Virus record (IMG/VR): IMGVR_UViG_3300032236_000643
Location: 6,411 to 70,410 of that record
DNA: 64,000 bases
Strand: one strand, 5' to 3'
From: a virus
The first letter of the stretch is position 1, and the number at the start of each line of letters is the position of its first letter. The translations under genes were made by a program, and so were the position numbers. The notes under the pieces were generated by a model. That model saw only the letters and a list, made by a program, of their open reading frames with translations, did no database searches and was not told the DNA's origin. Below are positions 58,099-64,000 of this stretch, in pieces.

Positions 58099-60200
58099 AC
58101 GAGAATCGTCGTAATGCCGCTCAGTATGTGGGTGCTGGTGCTGCGTTGTTGGCGGCGAGCGCTGGTGGTAACGAGTTGTTGAATACTCGTTTGAAGCGTC
58201 GTATGCCTGATGTGAAGCGTCCTGGTGTTATTGCGTCTGCTGCTCGTTCGGTGGCTGGTAGGCCGAATGGTTTTGTGTCGGGTATTCATGTTCCGCATAT
58301 CGCTGGTAAGGCGGGTGTGCGGGGTGCGCAGGTGTCTGCGTTGCCGTTGTTGGCTGCTGGTGTGAAGCGGTTTGTGACGGGTGAGGATACGCGTAAGTTG
58401 GATGTGAAGTCTGATGTGGTGCGTCCTGTTGTTGAGCATGCGACGTATCAGGATCAGGTGAGGCGTGGGGATAAAAGCATTGCTAAGGCGAAATATGATC
58501 CGTTCTCTCGGTCGTGGAGCGTAACGAAGCCTCTTCTCGCGGATTTGAATAGAACGAAGGCTCGCGATGTGCGCACGGGCGCTGGTGCGAAGAAGTTCGT
58601 TGCTGAGAATCGTCATCTTGCTTCGTTTCGTCATGGAAACAAGTTGGAAGTTATTCGACCGGACATGCCGTCGCAGCGATTACGCATGATTGATTCCAAG
58701 TACGTGTATCGGTACAACCCGCGTGGTGAAGCTGAAGGCTTTAAGAAGTCTTTGACTGAGTCTGATACGAAACGTTTGGATCGGCATAAGAAGGCTGGCA
58801 CGTTACTGTCCTTATCGTCTGGCACGTTGGGTTTGGCTGCGTTGGGTACGCGCGCTCCTGCTGTTGCTCGGTCGTTGAACGGTAAGGGTGTTAAGGGCTT
58901 GTCTCGTTTAGCGTCGCACGAGGCGAAGGCAACATCGTTGTCTAACACGTTGGGTGTAACAGCGTTAGGTGTGGGTTCTGCTGGTTCGTTTAATTATGCG
59001 GCTCAGCAACGCTTGGAACGCAAACGTGATGCTGTCAGTAAAGCGCAGATAATTCCTGGTATTTACCGCCCGATCATGCACATCAGCGAAGAGACCAACA
59101 AACTTGAGACAAGCCGACCTGTAGTTGATGCGTTACGCGCACGACTTAAGGGCGCTCCGGTTTATCACGGTGGAACATCTGCGCGTGTCAACAATTTGCG
59201 ACGCGGTAAGTCTGTTGACATGAAAACTCATATGTTTGGCGACAAGTCTGTTAAAGGTTTGTGGACGACGCCTCGTCGCGATATGGCGAGTCAATATGCC
59301 GTTTCGGGACGCACTCCTGAGAATTTTCATAAGTATGGCGAAGAAACCATGTCTAGCGAAGCAGTCGCGCGCACTAAGAAGGGCAAGGTTGCTGAGTACA
59401 ACATGAAGGGCGTGTGGCCAGAGGCAGGTTGGGTACACGAAGATAAATCTGCATTTGTTTATAAGCCTGAAGACTTAGATGGGCGCTTAGTTCGTGTTCA
59501 TGGTCAAAAAAGAACACGCGATGCTGAGACGCGTCTGCGTGGAACAGAAGATGTCAGCCGCCAATCGACTTTTAACCAGTCCGGTGTTGGCAAAAGTATG
59601 CCTACGTATGGTTGGTTGAAGCGCACTGGTGAGAAAGTCCGCATCATGCGACCACATGGAACCAGTGGTCATTTTCTCGTTGATTCACCACGCGGCACGT
59701 TGATTGCTCACCGTGATGAGATGCGTTTTGCACCAGCGAAACAGACACGTCTTTCGCCAGCATCGCAACGCGCAACTTCGGCTCGTGCTAAGCAGCCAGA
59801 ACAGTTGTCGATGTTTGAAAAGTCATTTTTGAGTCGTTACGGGGATCGTATTTCACCGAACGCTGAGGCTGGTTACCGTCACTTGCGTACGCAGCGCAAT
59901 GAGAATGTTGCGTCTGCGATTGGTAATGGCTCGTTGGCTGGGTTGTCTGCTGGCGTACTAGCTCATGAGGGGCGTCACATGTCACGACCTGCTGCTGGTC
60001 TTACTGCTGCTGGTGGTTTGGCAGCTGCGTATTCGTCGTTGAATGGTGCGCGTACAGCGAAGCGGCGTCAGATAAGTATGAAGAAGATTGAGCAGAAAGC
60101 CCATGCCCGTGCCGTGTTGGGCTTGTATGGACCGGATCGTGGTAAGTCACCGGTTGATATGACGTCTGCTCGTGCTAAGAAGAGTGGAGCAGCATCATGA
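58089..60200 (+). CDS. modular polyprotein: membrane peptides plus ADP-ribosyltransferase-like module
   Basis: IAKA, FKKS, VSKA, VGKS and FEKS delimiters; VYHGGT..GLWTTP...ASQYA. Confidence 0.75.
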   Translation: MGVNENRRNAAQYVGAGAALLAASAGGNELLNTRLKRRMPDVKRPGVIASAARSVAGRPNGFVSGIHVPHIAGKAGVRGAQVSALPLLAAGVKRFVTGEDTRKLDVKSDVVRPVVEHATYQDQVRRGDKSIAKAKYDPFSRSWSVTKPLLADLNRTKARDVRTGAGAKKFVAENRHLASFRHGNKLEVIRPDMPSQRLRMIDSKYVYRYNPRGEAEGFKKSLTESDTKRLDRHKKAGTLLSLSSGTLGLAALGTRAPAVARSLNGKGVKGLSRLASHEAKATSLSNTLGVTALGVGSAGSFNYAAQQRLERKRDAVSKAQIIPGIYRPIMHISEETNKLETSRPVVDALRARLKGAPVYHGGTSARVNNLRRGKSVDMKTHMFGDKSVKGLWTTPRRDMASQYAVSGRTPENFHKYGEETMSSEAVARTKKGKVAEYNMKGVWPEAGWVHEDKSAFVYKPEDLDGRLVRVHGQKRTRDAETRLRGTEDVSRQSTFNQSGVGKSMPTYGWLKRTGEKVRIMRPHGTSGHFLVDSPRGTLIAHRDEMRFAPAKQTRLSPASQRATSARAKQPEQLSMFEKSFLSRYGDRISPNAEAGYRHLRTQRNENVASAIGNGSLAGLSAGVLAHEGRHMSRPAAGLTAAGGLAAAYSSLNGARTAKRRQISMKKIEQKAHARAVLGLYGPDRGKSPVDMTSARAKKSGAAS

Positions 60201-63200
60201 CACGACTTGTTGGTTTGATTGAGAAGGCGTTCGCGGATGATCCGTTGGGCGCTGCGATCTTGCTTGATGAAGCGATGTGTTTGTACGCGTCTGATTTGAT
60301 GGATGAGTATGACTCGCAGATCCAGTCAGCGATTGCGCGTGATACGCATCGTCGTATCAATATTGCGAAGTCAGCGTTGGGTCGCCAGTACGTAGAGACC
60401 ATTAGTAAGGGCGTATATCCATCTCGTGATGTGCGTCAGACTGCTGAATGGTTGGCTGGTTTGTCCGCATATGCAGACGTGGTCAGCAAGGGCGTGATGT
60501 TGGAGTTCTGGGGTAAGAAGCAGGATAAGCGTTACGTTGCTCGTGATTCTGCTGGCCGGTTCACCAAGGTTGTGGATACGAATCGTTCATCGTCAGCTAC
60601 GGGCGCACCGTCCTCGAAATTATCGCCTGCACTGTCCAGTAATGGGCATGTGAGTAATGGTGCGTTGTCTGAGTCGGCTAAAGAGAACGAGTCGACTGTT
60701 AACCGTCACCAGGCACAGTACGAGCAAACGGATCAGCATATTCGTGACTTGTATCGTATGTTTCAGGGCAACTCTAAGGGTGTTGAGGTTGAGATTAATC
60801 GCCTCAAGGAGGGTAATGTCGCTGACCCGTTAGTGTTCCCGTTGATTCAGGGTCGTGATGGGTTCCCGGCTGCGGTTGCATCTCAGATTAACCCGTTGGA
60901 TGAGACGATTTTGTCTGTTGGCGTGAAGGCTAAGAATGACGCTTCACGTGAAACGCAGGAACGTATTGCTCGGTTCAATTCGTTTGGTGTCGTGTCGCCC
61001 AAAATGGCTGATCAGCAGTCGTTGAAAGATGCGTTTGGTTTTTCGTCTGCCACGGAGAGTGGCACGGACGAGTTTTTCCGGCGTATGCGTGGTATTTCGG
61101 GTGTTTTGAATGCGACGGGTAATCAGAAGGCGGCTGCGTTCGCTGAACTGGTTGGTACGCATGGTGCTGAGGCTGAGAAGATTATTGGCCCGTATGTTCG
61201 TCAGTCTGCGTATCGGTATCGGGGTACGGAGAAGTCTCCTGATAAGGAATTGTTAGAAGAATTTTCATCTCAGGATATGAGAAGCGTGCAGGCAGGGCTT
61301 GTCCCAACTGACGCGTTTGGTGTGGTTGCTGGTTCGGCTAAGTATCGTGCGAAGGACCGTCCGTCAAAGGATCAGTTCAAGCTTGAGGTGCAGTCGGATA
61401 CGGCTGCCCAATTCTTGATGAGAACATTGCCGAACGATCTGTTCACAGCCAAGTTATCTGAGAAGTCAGGTCACGTTCTCCCATCTCAGGGTGTGATCAT
61501 CAACGCTGACGGTCAGGTAATCACGCAGGCTGTCGGGTATGCAGACGATCACTATTTACCGTTTGATTTGAAGAACCTTGCTGCGCTTCGCGGCGGTCAG
61601 TACGTGCGCACTCGCGTATCTGGCGGTCTTACGGGTGAGGACATGTATGCGGCTGTCCAGTCTGGTGCTCGTATGGCAACTGTTGTCTCATCGTCTGGAG
61701 TGTTTTCCATCGAGTTTGATCCGAACTTCCGTGGAGCACGCGGTAACTCAGATAAGGCACGCCAAATTTACGGCCGCTATTTGAAGATCCTTGATGCGGT
61801 TGACCAATCAGGTTTGTACTTGAAAGACATTGACCCGTCGATCAAGGACGATATTAAGCGTACTGCTGCTCAGTACTATCCCGGTGATAGTGCAGATGCT
61901 AAGGCGTTGCGTGAGAACTACGAGAACACGCAGATCGAACAGAAGCGCCAAGAAGCCCGTGATGGCATTGATGTGGCTGCTCTTGAGGCTGAGGCTAAGC
62001 AGGCTGCATCGAAGGAACCTGGTTTCGCGCAACGGTCAGCTGCGGATCAAGCTCGTCTGGTTGCTGATTTTTATGATGAGTTGAAGGGTGAACGGCAGCG
62101 TGAGCAAGTTCAAGAACTTGCGTTGAACACTGCTGGGTACGGTAAGGCTTTGGAAACGTTGCAGCAGCAGTTCCCGTATTTCATTCGTAAGGTGTCGTAT
62201 CAGCCGTTGGCTGGTCGTGCTAACGATCCTGATGGTGTTGGCTTCTTGGATGCTTTGGGGTTGAAGAACACTCTTTCGATGGGTCGTAACCGGGTTAATA
62301 CGAAGGATTCGGGTTACGTGTCTCCTGGTGGGTTGCGTCCGCGTTCGGTTCAGTCTGGTTTTTATGAGTCGGCGACGACGACAATTCCTTCGCCTAAACG
62401 GCCTGGTAAGGCTGATGAGTCTACTGCGGAGCGGCAGGGAGCTCAGGGCGGTGAGACTCCTAAGGCCGCGGGCACTGGGGATGCTGGTTCGGCGGGCGGC
62501 GATGTGTCTCCAGTGCCCTCTACGTCTGATTCACCGTTGTTGAAGCGGCTAGCCATGTATGAACCAGCATCTAAAAAAGAGGTTAATGAGTCAGCTCGTG
62601 TTTTGTTTGACGCGTTGCAAACGCTGCCGAAACAATATTCACTGGGCGGCGACATGGGCGAGAGTGCAGCGTTGGCTGACGAAAACCCTAAATCAATTGT
62701 TGAATACCTGTTCACAAACCCAGCTAAGTTGAAAGATCTTGCAACCAATCCGAAGGTCGTATCTGCTTTGAGCGATCCGGGTGTTGTTCGTGGCGCGTTC
62801 CTAAATATTTACGGATTTTCAACTCTTGATGTGACCATAAACGAAAGCAGTGGTATTTCGTCACAATTCAATAATGCAAAAACGCAAAATGAAGCTGTTG
62901 ATTTTGTTGTACAGGCTGCTGCAAAGATTGCTATGAACGCATCGTTGATGTCACCTTTCAGCAGTCCGTCGTCTGATCCGTATGCGGTTGCTGAACTTCC
63001 TCGTCCTGATCAAGAAATCATGCGCCTAGACACGTTAGACAAGATGAAAGCGTGGATGTCACAGGACAGTAACAAGAATGTGGCACGTTTGGCTGGTGAA
63101 CTTGGTGAAAATCCAGCACCCGTTGTAAAACAATCTGTCGAGCTGCTGAAGAAGATGAAAGAGAAGTCTTCTGATGCTGTGAGCGAGTCTGCTGGTAAGC

Positions 63201-63550
63201 CAGAGGAGTACGCGTCACGTCTTGCCACGCTCATTGGCGTGAATCCTGAAACGCTGGCGATGACGTTGGGTACTGATGTGACGCCGGCTACTGTGCAACC
63301 ACTGTTGTTGGATCGTCGTGCTGCTGATTTGCAGCGTGCATGGTCATTGGCTCAAGCAGGCCGTGTTTTGAGCATCATTGATGATCCGTCTGGTGGTGGT
63401 TCCCCAAAAGTTCCACACCCGCAAAGCGGGGTGATGAAGTCACTGGCGCTCTCGTCCCGACGGGTGGACGTCTTGGCGATGGAGCACCCGTTAACGCGTC
63501 GAGTGATGTTGAACAAATCGTTAGGGAAGCCGCTGCTGAGCCAGATCTAA
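60197..63550 (+). CDS. large head-associated protein with RDxxGRF motif and degenerate JAB-like domain
   Basis: 1117 aa; IEKA, IAKS, ISKG and VSKG motifs then ARDSAGRF; ATGA overlap with upstream gene. Confidence 0.75.
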   Translation: MTRLVGLIEKAFADDPLGAAILLDEAMCLYASDLMDEYDSQIQSAIARDTHRRINIAKSALGRQYVETISKGVYPSRDVRQTAEWLAGLSAYADVVSKGVMLEFWGKKQDKRYVARDSAGRFTKVVDTNRSSSATGAPSSKLSPALSSNGHVSNGALSESAKENESTVNRHQAQYEQTDQHIRDLYRMFQGNSKGVEVEINRLKEGNVADPLVFPLIQGRDGFPAAVASQINPLDETILSVGVKAKNDASRETQERIARFNSFGVVSPKMADQQSLKDAFGFSSATESGTDEFFRRMRGISGVLNATGNQKAAAFAELVGTHGAEAEKIIGPYVRQSAYRYRGTEKSPDKELLEEFSSQDMRSVQAGLVPTDAFGVVAGSAKYRAKDRPSKDQFKLEVQSDTAAQFLMRTLPNDLFTAKLSEKSGHVLPSQGVIINADGQVITQAVGYADDHYLPFDLKNLAALRGGQYVRTRVSGGLTGEDMYAAVQSGARMATVVSSSGVFSIEFDPNFRGARGNSDKARQIYGRYLKILDAVDQSGLYLKDIDPSIKDDIKRTAAQYYPGDSADAKALRENYENTQIEQKRQEARDGIDVAALEAEAKQAASKEPGFAQRSAADQARLVADFYDELKGERQREQVQELALNTAGYGKALETLQQQFPYFIRKVSYQPLAGRANDPDGVGFLDALGLKNTLSMGRNRVNTKDSGYVSPGGLRPRSVQSGFYESATTTIPSPKRPGKADESTAERQGAQGGETPKAAGTGDAGSAGGDVSPVPSTSDSPLLKRLAMYEPASKKEVNESARVLFDALQTLPKQYSLGGDMGESAALADENPKSIVEYLFTNPAKLKDLATNPKVVSALSDPGVVRGAFLNIYGFSTLDVTINESSGISSQFNNAKTQNEAVDFVVQAAAKIAMNASLMSPFSSPSSDPYAVAELPRPDQEIMRLDTLDKMKAWMSQDSNKNVARLAGELGENPAPVVKQSVELLKKMKEKSSDAVSESAGKPEEYASRLATLIGVNPETLAMTLGTDVTPATVQPLLLDRRAADLQRAWSLAQAGRVLSIIDDPSGGGSPKVPHPQSGVMKSLALSSRRVDVLAMEHPLTRRVMLNKSLGKPLLSQI

Positions 63551-64000
63551 GTGACATTGATGCGGACAAGGTCACGAAAATCAAGGATGATATTGGTTCG
63601 ATGATTGGCATGCATGCTGTGTCGAATCAGGTGAATGCGTTGATCGCGCAGGGCGTGTACAACCGTCGGCGTGAAGCAGATGGGTTACCTGTTACGAAGG
63701 ATACGAAACACATGGTGTTCGTCGGTAATCCGGGTACGGGTAAGACAGAGGTTGCGAAGAAAATTGCGCCTTTGTATGAGGCTCTTGGTCTCACACCAAA
63801 TGATGTGTTTGTTGCGCCGAAGAAATCTGAGCTGATTGGTACTGTGTTGGGTGAGACGCAAAAACTCATTCAGGAACAGTTTGAGAAGGCTCGTGGTGGT
63901 GTCCTGTTCATTGATGAGGCGTATGCGCTCGTTGAGGGCAAGCAGGACATGTATGGCAAGCAAGCTGTGAACACGTTGCTTGAACTTATGGAGAACCATC
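63403..64000 (+). CDS. AAA+ ATPase (CbxX/SpoVK/EccA type), partial, probably expressed by -1 frameshift
   Basis: Read manually in frame 1: HMVFVGNPGTGKT and GGVLFIDEAYAL; runs off the window edge. Confidence 0.85.

Noticed and set aside
56853-58634. 593-aa antisense ORF over the portal gene
   Set aside because: Shadow frame produced by strong G/T codon skew; Arg/His/Thr-rich with no motifs. The same applies to 948..1688 and other antisense ORFs.

Overview
The window is most of a temperate actinobacterial siphovirus genome, apparently circularly permuted. It starts inside the head module and ends inside an AAA ATPase. The host assignment rests on WhiB, an Rpf-like enzyme and an attP matching tRNA-Val(GAC). 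The rightward virion arm (51.8-64 kb, continuing at 1-31 kb) encodes terminase, portal, an XkdF-type protease, scaffold, capsid, neck, tail, tape measure, lysis genes and a tail fibre. The leftward arm (31.5-51.3 kb) holds accessory genes, an xis/repressor/integrase/attP cassette and replication genes (DnaE, primase, helicase, exonuclease). The most striking feature is a set of head-module polyproteins built from modules separated by a recurring hydrophobic-x-Lys-[SAGKR] motif that the protease and scaffold also carry. The modules include Gly-rich cationic membrane peptides, an ADP-ribosyltransferase-like domain and a degenerate JAB-like domain. A CCCAAAA -1 frameshift appears to append an EccA/CbxX-type AAA ATPase to the largest one. 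The early arm has seven copies of an oriented 13-bp start-associated repeat and several promoter-structured RNA-terminator units. All family assignments come from motif recognition by eye, not from database searches.
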